DNA of 64,000 nucleotides, taken from NCBI GenBank assembly GCA_963769425.1, contig CAVYLP010000005.1:31436-95435 (forward strand), written 5' to 3'. A program made the translations under genes and the position numbers. Below, one piece after another: positions 10,185-20,557 of this stretch. Each line of letters starts with the position of its first letter. Within the stretch, counting starts at the first letter, position 1. The notes under the pieces were generated by a model. The model did not search any database. It had not been told where the DNA came from and was given only the letters and a program-made list of their open reading frames with translations. Source of the DNA: Candidatus Bathyarchaeota archaeon (GTDB taxonomy: Archaea; Thermoproteota; Bathyarchaeia; TCS64).

Positions 10185-10992
10185 TTGATCCAATTGAGCA
10201 GCGAACAGCCCCCAACTGGAAAGTCTGAGCGCCACGTCCTCGGAACCCTCACCATCTCCCATGTCGCGCAACACTTCTTCTCGGGTGCGCCCATCCTCTA
10301 CGAGAGCATCAAGCAGGACCTCAGTCTAAGCTACAAGCAGATCGGCGTGATGGTAGGTGTAGCCAACATTCTAGGAGGATTCCTTCAGATGATCTACAGC
10401 ATCGCTGGGTGATGGATCTCCCGGCGGCTGCTTCTGAGCAACTCCAACTTCTTCATGTCAATTGGGTGTGCCATGACGGGGTTAGCGGGCAGCTTCGAAG
10501 CAGTGATATCTGGCAACGTCGTTGCCGGGGTCGGTCAGGCAGGCACGCACCCTGTGAGTAGCTCGATAATTGGAAGCAAGTTCGAGAGGAAGGGGGTCAA
10601 TTACGCCCTCTCGACGTTCTACGGCCTCGGGCCCCATTCTCCTATCAGGAGTAGCAGTCCTCTCTGGATGGAGATCAGCCTTCTATCTACTAGCTCTCCT
10701 CTTCGTTGTTACTGGGATCATCGCATCTCCATGACCACTTTCAGCATGAGCAGCCTCCTCCAAGCCCACCTCGCCAGAACCGCATCTGCGGCAGAGCGTG
10801 ACATACTGCTCGGGCTCTTCTTCACATTCGGCTTCGGCGTAAGCTCCATTTTGGTCGACGCTGCTCGGTGCAGTGATTGACGCCTATTCCTTTAACCTCG
10901 TCTGGTATACGATGGTGGGGGCCGGCGTGGGTGCGCTCATTTGTCTCGTCATCGCCGCCAGAGGGGCACCTTCGCAGACGACTCCGATGTAA
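10185..10992 (+). pseudogene. Degraded MFS transporter
   Basis: MFS-like start (SHVAQHF...LSLSYKQIG), in-frame TGA at 10410, continuation GQAGTHP, several frame breaks; total length only about 270 codons. Confidence 0.75.
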
Positions 10993-11054
10993 ATCGTAAA
11001 GCCATTTAACGCGGCGCCCTTATATTTACTGGAACTACGCGGAGAAGAAAACCC

Positions 11055-12206
11055 ATGGTGAAATTAGCAATCGAAGGCGGAAAACCCGTATCCGAGAAGA
11101 AGATACCCCTTGTAAAACCAACATTTAGCCAAAAGGACATCGACGACGTCGCGAAGGTATTGAAGTCGGCATACGTACGCATGGGGCCCTACACGAAGGA
11201 GTTTGAGGAGAAGTTTGCAGCGAGGGTGGGCACGAAGTACGCCTATGCCGTATCGAACGGGACCGCTGCACTCCACTGTGCATACCTATCGACCCTCAAG
11301 CCCGGGGACGAGGTCATCGCCCCCGCATTCACCTTCATAGCCACAATAAGCACAATCATCTACAGTAACGCTAAGCCGGTGCTCGCTGACGTGGATGCGG
11401 ACACATTCCTCCTCGACCCAGAGAAGGTGAAGGAGAAGATCACGAAGAAGACCAGGGCTATCGCCCCCGTCCACCTCTTCGGTAATAGCTGCGATATGAA
11501 GGTCCTGACCGAGATAGCGAAGGATCACAAACTCCTAATCATCAACGACTGCGCGCAGGCACACGGGACCGAGTACGAAGGCAGGGACCTCGGCTCGTGG
11601 CCGAACGTAAGCTGCTACAGCTTCTACCCGACGAAGACGATGACGACTGGGGAGGGAGGCATCGTGACCACCGATGACCCCGAGATTAACCGCCTCGGCT
11701 CCCTGATCCGCAGCCACGGCGATGACGGGCGATATCACCACGTAGTCCTCGGGCTCAACTACAGGACAACCGACATAATGTCGGTGATTGGGCTCAACCA
11801 ACTCGCCCAACTCGACGACTTCCTCGCGAAGCGCCGACACAACGGAGAGAAGCTCGTAAAGGGGTTGAGGGGCCTCAACGAGGTCAAGCCACAGGTCATA
11901 ACCCCGGGGACGAACCCGAGCTACAGCTACTTCAGCGTCGCCCTCGAACTCTCGAAGTTACACTGTACACGCGACGAGTTTATGAAGGCCCTCATGGCGG
12001 AGAACATCGACTGCGGCGTCCACTATCCGGCCCCGCTGACGGAACAACCGATAGTGAAAGAGCTGCTAAAGCCTAAACCATGCCCAGTCTCAGAGGATCT
12101 GTCGAGGAGAATAATGAGCCTCCCCATGCATCCCTACCTCAGCGACGATGACCTTGGGAAGGTCGTCGAAGGGGTTAGAAAGGTGGCAGATAACTACTCC
12201 AAGTAG
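11055..12206 (+). CDS. DegT/DnrJ/EryC1/StrS PLP-dependent sugar aminotransferase
   Basis: SNGTAALH, DCAQAHG, SFYPTKTMTTGEGG, GLNYR. Confidence 0.95.
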   Translation: MVKLAIEGGKPVSEKKIPLVKPTFSQKDIDDVAKVLKSAYVRMGPYTKEFEEKFAARVGTKYAYAVSNGTAALHCAYLSTLKPGDEVIAPAFTFIATISTIIYSNAKPVLADVDADTFLLDPEKVKEKITKKTRAIAPVHLFGNSCDMKVLTEIAKDHKLLIINDCAQAHGTEYEGRDLGSWPNVSCYSFYPTKTMTTGEGGIVTTDDPEINRLGSLIRSHGDDGRYHHVVLGLNYRTTDIMSVIGLNQLAQLDDFLAKRRHNGEKLVKGLRGLNEVKPQVITPGTNPSYSYFSVALELSKLHCTRDEFMKALMAENIDCGVHYPAPLTEQPIVKELLKPKPCPVSEDLSRRIMSLPMHPYLSDDDLGKVVEGVRKVADNYSK

Positions 12207-12218
12207 GAACCCGTGTAT

Positions 12219-13253
12219 TTAATCTGTTGTTGACGTTGGAGCCCTAGATCGACGCTTCTTCAAATGCGTCTTTATTATCCCTGAGACTCTCTCCGCGCCC
12301 CGGCCGTCGACCAGTTTTTGGCCTGCCGCGCTCATCTGCCTAATTCTATCTCTGTCTAAAAGTAGTTCTCTGATTGTCTTGGCGAGTCTCACGCCGTCGT
12401 AGTTCCCCGAGTAGCCGAGGTTCACGCAGGTGCCATAAGCCTCCAGCCTATCCGCGGTCTCGACCTCGAAGACCTCCTCGCATAGTACTATGGCGGGGGT
12501 CCCTGTCGCGGCGAGTTCGAAGAGGGTGTTGCCCCCGGCGCTGACGGCGATGTCCGAGTCGGCCATGGCCCGCCACATCTCAGCGATGTTGTGCCTGATG
12601 TCGACCCGCCTCCGAAGTCCCCCAATTGTCTCCTCAAGCTCTTCGTGGTGCTTGAAAGCGGGACCGATCACTGTCGTAACCTCGAACTCCTCTGCCATGG
12701 AGTCTAGGGTCCTAAGCACGTGAGGCGTCAGTCCGAGGGTGTCCGCGCCCCCGAGGGTTACCAGTACTCGTGTCAACCTGTGGCTCTCCCTCCTCTTTAC
12801 AGTTGAAAAACGTGGATTGATGATGGCATAGCTCGGGTCCGTGTAGAATACAATGTTCTTTTCCTTCCGAGGGAGGCAGTGGTAGAGGACGTTGAATGCG
12901 AGGTCCGACTCGTAGACTCCCTCGCCGCAATCGTCAAATGAGACGAGGAGGTCGCAGATGCCCTTGAGGTGCCCCATATATGCGGCTTCGGTGTTCAGCT
13001 TGTCGACGATTATTGCGGCGTTACGGGTCCCCCCCAGGGCAGTGAACTCTTCCTCCTTGTCGGTCACCGTCGTCGGGTACTTCTCAGACATCTTCGCAGC
13101 GGCTATCTCGTCCCCCATGGTGAGGAAGTGGACGTCCGCCCACATGCTCAACGCGTCCGCGAGGTTGAGACCCCTGTAGACATGTCCCATGCCGAGGGCG
13201 TTGCTCCCGTCGGCCCGGATCATCACCCTCGGGCGGTTCTCCCCCACCCTCAA
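12219..13253 (-). CDS. PseG/SpsG-like UDP-sugar hydrolase (GT28-like)
   Basis: IRADGxxxxGMGHVYR, TLGGAD, SAGGNTLFEL; operon with cytidylyltransferase and NeuB. Confidence 0.85.
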   Translation of the reverse strand: MRVGENRPRVMIRADGSNALGMGHVYRGLNLADALSMWADVHFLTMGDEIAAAKMSEKYPTTVTDKEEEFTALGGTRNAAIIVDKLNTEAAYMGHLKGICDLLVSFDDCGEGVYESDLAFNVLYHCLPRKEKNIVFYTDPSYAIINPRFSTVKRRESHRLTRVLVTLGGADTLGLTPHVLRTLDSMAEEFEVTTVIGPAFKHHEELEETIGGLRRRVDIRHNIAEMWRAMADSDIAVSAGGNTLFELAATGTPAIVLCEEVFEVETADRLEAYGTCVNLGYSGNYDGVRLAKTIRELLLDRDRIRQMSAAGQKLVDGRGAERVSGIIKTHLKKRRSRAPTSTTD

Positions 13254-13957
13254 CCCCCCTGCGCCAAGGAAGGATCACTGTCGAGCAGGCGCACCACCTC
13301 CCTGAGATCGACTATCTCTCCCTCGCGGTAGAGGCGCTCGTAAATGTGCGTCATGAAGCGGAGGTCTTCAGAAGTGTCGACGGTGAGTCGGTAGTCCCGC
13401 TTGAGGTCTGGGTCGCATTCGAGGGCCTGTATCCTGAACTCCTCGGGGTGGTCGAGGATGTACTCGTCTGGGTGCTCCCTGTATCTCGGCTCCTTGCCGA
13501 TCGATTCGGCGCAGGATCGTTTGAGTGCCTCGGCCTTTATTACGCAGTTGCCGGGTCCTGTGCCCCATGGCATGTCCTTCGTATATGTGAGATCCGTGCC
13601 CACCTTGAGCTGTGCCTCGATCATCTCGTCGAAGTTGTCTGGATCTATTAGGGGATCGTCGCAGGTGAACCTGACGACCTGGTCTGCCCGGTGCCTCTCC
13701 GCCGCCCCACAGAACCTGTCGAGGACATCCCTCTCGGAGCCCCTAAAGACGCTTACCCCTAGCCCACTGCAGAATTTCTCAAGCACGTCGTCTTCAGGGT
13801 TTGTCGTGGTGGCAATGACTATCTCGTCGACACTGCAGCATCTTTTCACCCTCTCGATGACGTGCTGGATGAGGGGCTTGCCCACGATGGGCATCATCGT
13901 CTTACCGGGGAGCCTCGTGGAGCCCATCCTCGCCTGCCCTATGGCCACGACCTTCAA
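13250..13957 (-). CDS. Acylneuraminate cytidylyltransferase (SpsF/PseF-like)
   Basis: QARMGSTRLPGK, RGSExDVLxRF, RLTVDTxED. Confidence 0.92.
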   Translation of the reverse strand: MKVVAIGQARMGSTRLPGKTMMPIVGKPLIQHVIERVKRCCSVDEIVIATTTNPEDDVLEKFCSGLGVSVFRGSERDVLDRFCGAAERHRADQVVRFTCDDPLIDPDNFDEMIEAQLKVGTDLTYTKDMPWGTGPGNCVIKAEALKRSCAESIGKEPRYREHPDEYILDHPEEFRIQALECDPDLKRDYRLTVDTSEDLRFMTHIYERLYREGEIVDLREVVRLLDSDPSLAQGG

Positions 13958-13969
13958 GTCGCCCCTCTC

Positions 13970-15007
13970 CTAGATATCTTCCCACGTTATCGGCTGGTCG
14001 CGCTTTATGGCTCTGGCGGCGTTTCTACCGATCACGACGTCGATGAGCTCGGGGGAGAGGCCGTGGGCGGGCCTCTTGACTATCACATCCTCCTTTGAGA
14101 TCGTGGCGCCTTTCTTGATGTCGCGGCGAGCTATGACGCTCTTCCGCGTCTCGGTCCTCATCCTCTCCTCGGTGTGGGCGGGGCGCTTAACACCATCGCC
14201 GAGGCCCTTCTCGACTTCCCTGATTCCCCTGACGATGGTGGCGAGTTCGCGGGGGTCCGCGGAGAATACGGCATCGGAGATGGGGAGCGTCTTGGAGATG
14301 GTGAAGTGCCGCTCGATGACGTTGGCACCTAGGGCGACTGCCGCGATGGGGATGGAGATGCTCTCGGTATGGTCGCTGAAGCCGACGGGGACGCCGAAGA
14401 CCCTCCTCATCGAATCCATCGCCCTCAGGTTCACCGTCGAGAGGTCCTTGATGGGGTAGTTGGAGACGCACTGAAGGAGGATTAGCTGATTGTTTTCCGT
14501 CGCCTTCACGGCGTCTACGGCCCTCGCCACCTCCGCCATCGTCCCCATGCCCGTTGACATGATGACCGGCCGCCCCTTCCCCGCGACATATCTGATGAAG
14601 GGGAGGTTCGTGAGGTCGTCCGAGCCGATCTTGTAGACCTTCACCCCCATCCCCTCAAGGAGGTCGGCATCGTCGAAGTAACTGGGGGTCGAGAACGCGG
14701 TTAACCCCCTCTCCTCGGCGTAGGCGAAGATAGCGCGGTGGTCCTCCACAGATATCTCGCTCTTCTTGAACGCCTCAAACTGGTGGGTGCCACCCGCTTC
14801 GCTCGGGAACCAAGCGCTCTCGGTGACGAGGGTCTCCGCCTTGTACGTCTGTATCTTTATGGCGTCCGCCCCCGCCTTCGCGGCCTCGTCGACGCTTCTC
14901 CTCGCCTGGTCGAGGTTCTCGAAGCTTACTCCGAGCTCCGCGATGATGTATGTGGGCTCGCCTTCGCCGACTCTCTTTTCACCGATGTTGACGTGCAAAC
15001 GTGGCAC
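13970..15007 (-). CDS. neuB: N-acetylneuraminate/pseudaminate synthase family with SAF domain
   Basis: YIIAELG, KIQT, KIGS, STGM, GFSDHT, IERHFT and C-terminal KRPAHG. Confidence 0.93.
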   Translation of the reverse strand: MPRLHVNIGEKRVGEGEPTYIIAELGVSFENLDQARRSVDEAAKAGADAIKIQTYKAETLVTESAWFPSEAGGTHQFEAFKKSEISVEDHRAIFAYAEERGLTAFSTPSYFDDADLLEGMGVKVYKIGSDDLTNLPFIRYVAGKGRPVIMSTGMGTMAEVARAVDAVKATENNQLILLQCVSNYPIKDLSTVNLRAMDSMRRVFGVPVGFSDHTESISIPIAAVALGANVIERHFTISKTLPISDAVFSADPRELATIVRGIREVEKGLGDGVKRPAHTEERMRTETRKSVIARRDIKKGATISKEDVIVKRPAHGLSPELIDVVIGRNAARAIKRDQPITWEDI

Positions 15008-15057
15008 CCCGGGGGTCTAACCTGATAGTGGGCGATCCGATTAAAGCCCTTTCCTGC

Positions 15058-16227
15058 CTAGGGTAGGTGTGCCAGCCAGTCCCTCATGACGAGGTGGTGC
15101 ATCTGGAAGGTCTCCTCTAGGCCGAGGTAGCTGCTGAAGCCCGATTCCTTCTCCTCCTCAAGCATCTTCCTTAGGGTGGGGACAGCCTCCCTGTTCCCCG
15201 TCATCCAGAGCCCCTGCGACCATCGGAGGGACGGGCTGTTCGAGACTACTCGGGTGACCTTGTTGAGGAGGTTGTACTTGTGAATCCAGTTGCCGACGTT
15301 GTAGGTAGTCTCTGCGAGTGGGCCTGTACTCCACGCCTGCACGCCGGGGAGGCCTATAGTGTCGGCGAATCCCTGCCCCCTCGCGTCGATGTTGAGCAAC
15401 ACACTCGGTTTCCTCATGCTGAGGAAGTCTATGTGGCCGTGGAGCCTGTAGCCGACATGCAGGTCGCATCCCTCGTAGAAGTCAATCTTGGAGAGCTCGT
15501 AGCTGGCGTCAACGATTTCAAAGCCCCTCTTCGTCGCGGCGTCCCTGACAGCGGTAAGTCTCGGCTCCTCCTCCTCAGCCGTGAACTCGTCCGCTTGTAG
15601 CCCACGGTGGAAGGAGCAGTAGATCTTCGCGCCGCCGAACAGCTCGGTTAATACGTCCATTACTTGGATGCACTGCTCGTCGTAGAGCCTCGGCATCGTG
15701 TGGAATTGTGGAGTTGTGAAGACTATCTTCTCGATCTTCTCGGGGATCTTGAACTTCTCGTCTAGGTGGTCAAGGTTGTACCAGACGGGGCACCCAGTCA
15801 TGGTGCTCCTGAAGCCGTTCTTCTGTAGGACCTCGACGGTCTGGTTGTCCCTGCAGCTTATAGCGGCGCACCTCTTCAGAGCCTTCCTCGACTGTTTTGT
15901 GAAGTTGTAGGTCTCCCTCTGCCTCGTGGTGCCGGGTATCTCATTCCACCCGCCGCCAAGTAGGTACATGGGTGCCTTGACGTCGTCGAGGTTCTCTGTG
16001 AGAGGGTAGACGTCGGGGTAGAATGTCTTGCTGACATTTGGGCCTCCGCAGAAGATCATGGCGTCCGAGGCGTTGACCTCGTCTAGATGGTCCCCGAGGG
16101 GCTCCCAGCCGTTTATAATGACCAACTTGTGCTCAGGGCGGTACCTCTCGAGGAGCTTCTTGGCCCTATCAAGGATCAAGAAGTCACCTATGTTTTTCTT
16201 CGCCCTGGAGAGCAGAACATAGGTCAT
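15058..16227 (-). CDS. Polysaccharide pyruvyl transferase family protein
   Basis: NIGDFLI, ISCRD, TGCPVW, GYRLHGHI. Confidence 0.85.
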   Translation of the reverse strand: MTYVLLSRAKKNIGDFLILDRAKKLLERYRPEHKLVIINGWEPLGDHLDEVNASDAMIFCGGPNVSKTFYPDVYPLTENLDDVKAPMYLLGGGWNEIPGTTRQRETYNFTKQSRKALKRCAAISCRDNQTVEVLQKNGFRSTMTGCPVWYNLDHLDEKFKIPEKIEKIVFTTPQFHTMPRLYDEQCIQVMDVLTELFGGAKIYCSFHRGLQADEFTAEEEEPRLTAVRDAATKRGFEIVDASYELSKIDFYEGCDLHVGYRLHGHIDFLSMRKPSVLLNIDARGQGFADTIGLPGVQAWSTGPLAETTYNVGNWIHKYNLLNKVTRVVSNSPSLRWSQGLWMTGNREAVPTLRKMLEEEKESGFSSYLGLEETFQMHHLVMRDWLAHLP

Positions 16228-16270
16228 GGCGTCGATTATCCTCCAGTCTGCACCTTAAAAAGGGGAGCGA

Positions 16271-16990
16271 TCAGATTCCAAGCCGCCACCCGTCACAGAC
16301 AAGCTCGATCCCCTCCGCCCCGCAGTTGAATAGAAGATCGACGCCTGCGAGGTCGGGGACGAAGGGCTCATAGACCTGCCTGTACATTGGGTGGTGGAAG
16401 TCCTGGTATACTACCCCTATCCCCGCTTCCTCGAAGAGTCTCTCGTCGAGGTAGTCCCTACCGAACCTGCCCGAGAGGTAGGTCTCGGCGCCAAGCTCCT
16501 TGCATATCCCTAGTAGGAGCTCCGAGCTGGTACCGGTCGCCCTTAGCTTCGACGCCAGGATGATCTCGGTTTGAATGCCTAGAGAATCGGCTATGTATCT
16601 GATTATCCACACGTTTAGCTCGGCGAGTTTGTTCCACTTCTCGGCGTAGAGTCTATTTAGGAACTCCTCGTGTTCGCGGAAGTGGGGGGCCTTCGAGTAG
16701 TTCTGGCTTAGGCCCTTCAGGTGGGTCTCCCCCCATAACTTCGAGTCGTCCACCTCGATATCCATGATAGGGGTCTCCAGAGGCGCCTTCTTCACCGGGA
16801 CCGTGAGCCACGACCAGCCGGTTGCCGTCCTTATCCTGTTGCGGTTCTGGAAGTAGTTCCTCCTATATTGGACGTTGTCGAGGAGGACGAATGCGTCGCT
16901 ATTGGCGAGCTTGTTGAGGAACCCCATCCAGGGGAGGTACTCGGGTTGGTGGATGCCTACTACCCTTCTACTTGCCATTGTGCCGCACAC
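16271..16990 (-). CDS. WbqC family protein
   Basis: IHQPxYLPWxG, DNVQY, NRNRI, LTVPV, YLSG. Confidence 0.92.
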   Translation of the reverse strand: MCGTMASRRVVGIHQPEYLPWMGFLNKLANSDAFVLLDNVQYRRNYFQNRNRIRTATGWSWLTVPVKKAPLETPIMDIEVDDSKLWGETHLKGLSQNYSKAPHFREHEEFLNRLYAEKWNKLAELNVWIIRYIADSLGIQTEIILASKLRATGTSSELLLGICKELGAETYLSGRFGRDYLDERLFEEAGIGVVYQDFHHPMYRQVYEPFVPDLAGVDLLFNCGAEGIELVCDGWRLGI

Positions 16991-17626
16991 CTACATGAGC
17001 CACTTAACGACCTCGAAGCTCTCGGCGTACGGCACGCCGATCTCCGTGCCGTCGTTCCTATTCTGGTTGACTACAAAGTCGATCCACTCGTCGCCCCGCC
17101 GCTCATACTCCGACTTGTGTGCTTTGATGGCCTCGATCTTCTTCTTCAGCTCCGCGGAGATGTCGGAGTAGAAGCGCTTGTTGAAGAGCTCGTCCGTGGC
17201 GTACCAGTTGCTCCGGTACATGAGTATCTTGGGAATATGCCTCGCAGCGTTGATGGTGGCTTTCCCAATGGCGTTATGGTCTTGGTGCATGTCGTGGGAC
17301 CAGTGGGTGTAGACGAGGTCAATCTGGTGGCTGTCGATTATCTCGTTCAGGTACTCGATGAGCTCGACGCCGTAGACCACCTGCTTCGTCTTGAAGGGAC
17401 CTATTAGGAGGTCGCCTCCCACTATCTTGGCGGCCATCTTCCCCTCCTCGAGGGCCGTCTCCTTCCCCCTGATGAGGGTGCCATCGTAATTGCCGTACTC
17501 GGAGTCGGTGAGGACTATCATGTGGACCTTGTCCCCATGTTTGACGTGCTTGATGAGTGTGCCACCGCAGCCGAGCTCTATATCGTCGAAGTGGGCGCCT
17601 ATCGCGAGGATGTTCAAGGATGCCAC
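16991..17626 (-). CDS. PIG-L family deacetylase
   Basis: GAHFDDIELGCGG, DMHQDH, AHKSE. Confidence 0.92.
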   Translation of the reverse strand: MASLNILAIGAHFDDIELGCGGTLIKHVKHGDKVHMIVLTDSEYGNYDGTLIRGKETALEEGKMAAKIVGGDLLIGPFKTKQVVYGVELIEYLNEIIDSHQIDLVYTHWSHDMHQDHNAIGKATINAARHIPKILMYRSNWYATDELFNKRFYSDISAELKKKIEAIKAHKSEYERRGDEWIDFVVNQNRNDGTEIGVPYAESFEVVKWLM

Positions 17627-17673
17627 CTACCTCAGATTGGGCTGTGCTCGTTTTATAACACCATCGAGGCGGG

Positions 17674-18774
17674 CTAGTCGGGGGAGGTAGCATATTCTCG
17701 GACTATCTCTGCGCACTTCTTCACCTTCTCCTCATCGATGTATGGCCAGAGGATGAGCTGCCGCTTGTAAATGTACTCCGAGTTCTCGAACAGCTTCGGG
17801 GACTCCTCGGGGTTGAACATGTTATTAACTGGCGGGATCAGTTCATTCGAGTCGAAGCCGATCCCCCGGAGCCTCGGTCCCAGTGAGTCAGAGTTCCCAA
17901 CCAGAACAGGGTATCTGACGTAACTACCCTTACCAGTGTACCTCGGGGTTCTTACCTTGCTCCCCTTCAAGGTTTTCGCGTAGATTGCGGTTGCCCTTCT
18001 CCTCGCCTCAACATTCTCTTTCAAATGCCCGAGCTCAGCTTCTAGCATGCCCCATTTGAGGCCCCTCAGCGACCTTACATACCAGTTCTTGAACGTCTCG
18101 ACGAATGACGCATACTGCTTGAACTTGGCTGGGTCATGGAGGGCGGCTTCGCGGACGGCGTAGAAGAGCGACCTGTGCACCCTGTAGTAGATGCACTCGT
18201 CGACGTTCTCGTATGGGTACGTCTCGATGAGTTGCTGGAGTCTACCCGATAGATTTGGGTCGTCCGTGGCGACGGCCCCGCCTCCCCCCTCTATCTCGAC
18301 CGGTTTCCCCCTGCCGAAGCTGAATATAGATACCTCGCCGAACTCACCAACCGACCGGGAACCCACTTTTACACCTAAGGCTTTGGCGGAGTCCTCTAAG
18401 AGAGGCACTTTGTGTCGCTGGCTGATCTCCTCGATCGTCTCGATGTCGCAAGGCTCTCCATGCTCGTGAACGGCTATGATGCACCCCGTCTTGTTCGTGA
18501 TGGATGCCTCGAGGGATTCTGGGGAGACGTTGTAGGTGTCCCTCTCCACGTCGCAGAAAGCCGGTCTGCAGCCTGCATAGATGGCGGCGGAGCCGGGGTT
18601 GACGCAGAGGAGCGCGGGCATCAATACTTCGCCCTCGCACTTGAGCGCCCTGAGGGCGAAGAGGATCGCAGACGTACCCGAACCGCAGAGGTGCACGTAC
18701 CTCCGCCCCGTTGCCTCTCTGAGCACCTCAACCGCCTTATCCTCCGCCGATGATGCCAAAGAGCAAGCCTTCAT
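17674..18774 (-). CDS. Divergent DegT/DnrJ-family PLP aminotransferase
   Basis: SGTSAI, EDSAKALG, SFGRGK with the PLP lysine. Confidence 0.85.
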   Translation of the reverse strand: MKACSLASSAEDKAVEVLREATGRRYVHLCGSGTSAILFALRALKCEGEVLMPALLCVNPGSAAIYAGCRPAFCDVERDTYNVSPESLEASITNKTGCIIAVHEHGEPCDIETIEEISQRHKVPLLEDSAKALGVKVGSRSVGEFGEVSIFSFGRGKPVEIEGGGGAVATDDPNLSGRLQQLIETYPYENVDECIYYRVHRSLFYAVREAALHDPAKFKQYASFVETFKNWYVRSLRGLKWGMLEAELGHLKENVEARRRATAIYAKTLKGSKVRTPRYTGKGSYVRYPVLVGNSDSLGPRLRGIGFDSNELIPPVNNMFNPEESPKLFENSEYIYKRQLILWPYIDEEKVKKCAEIVREYATSPD

Positions 18775-18847
18775 CTCACACTCTCATCACTAAACTTAAT
18801 TCCTTTCCGAGACACAGACACCTCAAAACCCCCGAGCGCGCCCCGTT

Positions 18848-20534
18848 ATGAGACCCAAGAAGGATGAGGTGAGAGACAAGGGCGCCGGGGCGGGGGAGCC
18901 GAACATCGAGTTCGTGAGGAAGCTCATCCACACCCCCCTCTCGGACGGGCTCAACATACTCCAACTCGCGACCTTCGGCGGTGTCTCCTACTGGTGGAAC
19001 GTCGACACGAGCTTCTACGAAAGTGTTCTCAACCAGACGAGCTACAGGCCGCCGAGGGGGCTGAAGAGGGTCTTCCCGCGACTCTACAGGAGGTTTGGGG
19101 GGCTGCCCCAGCTCCTATACGATCTCTTCGTCTGGAAGCTTTCACGGATGCTTAGTTGGGGGGTCGAAGCGAAGAAGGGGGCGATAGTCCTCATCACGCA
19201 GGACGTCGAATGGAGGAGGATACGCAACTACGAAGCTGGCGGTTACGTGAAGACGGACGCCTTCTTTCACAACGTAATCAAGAGGCTCCCAAACACACTC
19301 CTCTCCTCCTACCCCCTCGACGTCTCCATACCGGGGGGCCTTAAAGTGGCCCTCGAAAAGAGGGGTTGGTCCGTGCCGCATCATCCTATTAACCAATACT
19401 GGGGTATGGGGGCTTGGCTCAGGGAGCGAGACGCGTCGCGCCACTTCGCGGCTAACTGGGAAAGGATCGCATATGACCCCCAGCTGAGAGCGCTATGCCA
19501 ACATCAGGGGCGGGATCTCTACCCCGTTGTCCGCGACAAACTCGAATCCATCTTCCTCTACGTCCTCCCCCAGGCCGTGAAGATGCACGAGGAATCGGGG
19601 AGAATGTTCGAGATGGAGAAACTCTCACTGCTTCTGCTCCAGAACGAGTATGGATGGAGGGAGAGAAGCCTAGTCGTGGCCGCCAAGGAGCTTGGAGTAC
19701 CTGTTCTGGCAATCCAGCACGGCATCATCATCCCCGGGCACAAGGGGTACATGTACAGACGCGACGAAGTCTCCACTAAATTCTCGGTCCTCATCCCCTT
19801 ACTGTGCCCTCCCCGATTACACAGCCGTATTTGGGGAGAGCTACAGGGACCTACTAGTCAAACAAAGCGCGTACCCATCCGGAAGTGTCGTGGTGACCGG
19901 CCCGCCCCGATACGACCACCTGATCAATGCGGGAAAAATCTACAATAGAGCCAGCTTCTTAAAGAAGTACAACATTGCTGAGGGGCAGAAGCTCGTCCTC
20001 TGGGCGACCCAGAGCCACAGCCTGAGCGACGAAGAGAACATCGCTAACATCGAGGCCGTACTCGGGGCAGCGAATACCCTAGATGGCATGACTATCATCA
20101 TCAAGCAGCACCCAGCGGAGGCACCGAGATACACGAAGATGCTCCAGGACGCCGCTTCGAGCCACGGCGGCAAGGTGATAATCGTGCCGAAGGACTCGGA
20201 CACCTTCGAGCAACTCTACGCCTGCGACCTGTTGATAACAAAGAACTCAACGACGGCTGTAGAGGCCGTCGCACTGGGGAAGCCGGTCATCGTGCTCAAC
20301 CTGGGCGGGACACCTGATGCTGTGGACTACGTTACGGAGGGCGTGGCGGTCGGGGTCTACTCCCCCGAGAACCTCACTGAAACGGTAACCAAACTCCTAG
20401 TTGACGACTCTCCTCTAGCCGCAAAGAGGCCAGATTATATCAGCAGGAACATCTACAGGAGCGATGGCCGCGCCTCAGAGCGCGTCGCTGAGCTTGTAAA
20501 ACGTATTATATCAGAGAGCCCCAAGAGAACCTAA
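18848..20534 (+). CDS. GT-B glycosyltransferase-like surface carbohydrate protein (candidate nonulosonate transferase); +1 frameshift near 19790
   Basis: LAIQHG, VTGPPRYD, IKQHP and STTAVEA motifs across ORFs 18848-19948 and 19692-20534. Confidence 0.7.
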
Positions 20535-20557
20535 AATAGGCAAAAGGTGAATCAGCG

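Noticed and set aside
10410-10412. In-frame TGA in the MFS gene as possible selenocysteine or readthrough
   Set aside because: Context G*WISRR fits a CGA-to-TGA mutation, and the rest of the gene has deletions and frame breaks; it is a pseudogene.
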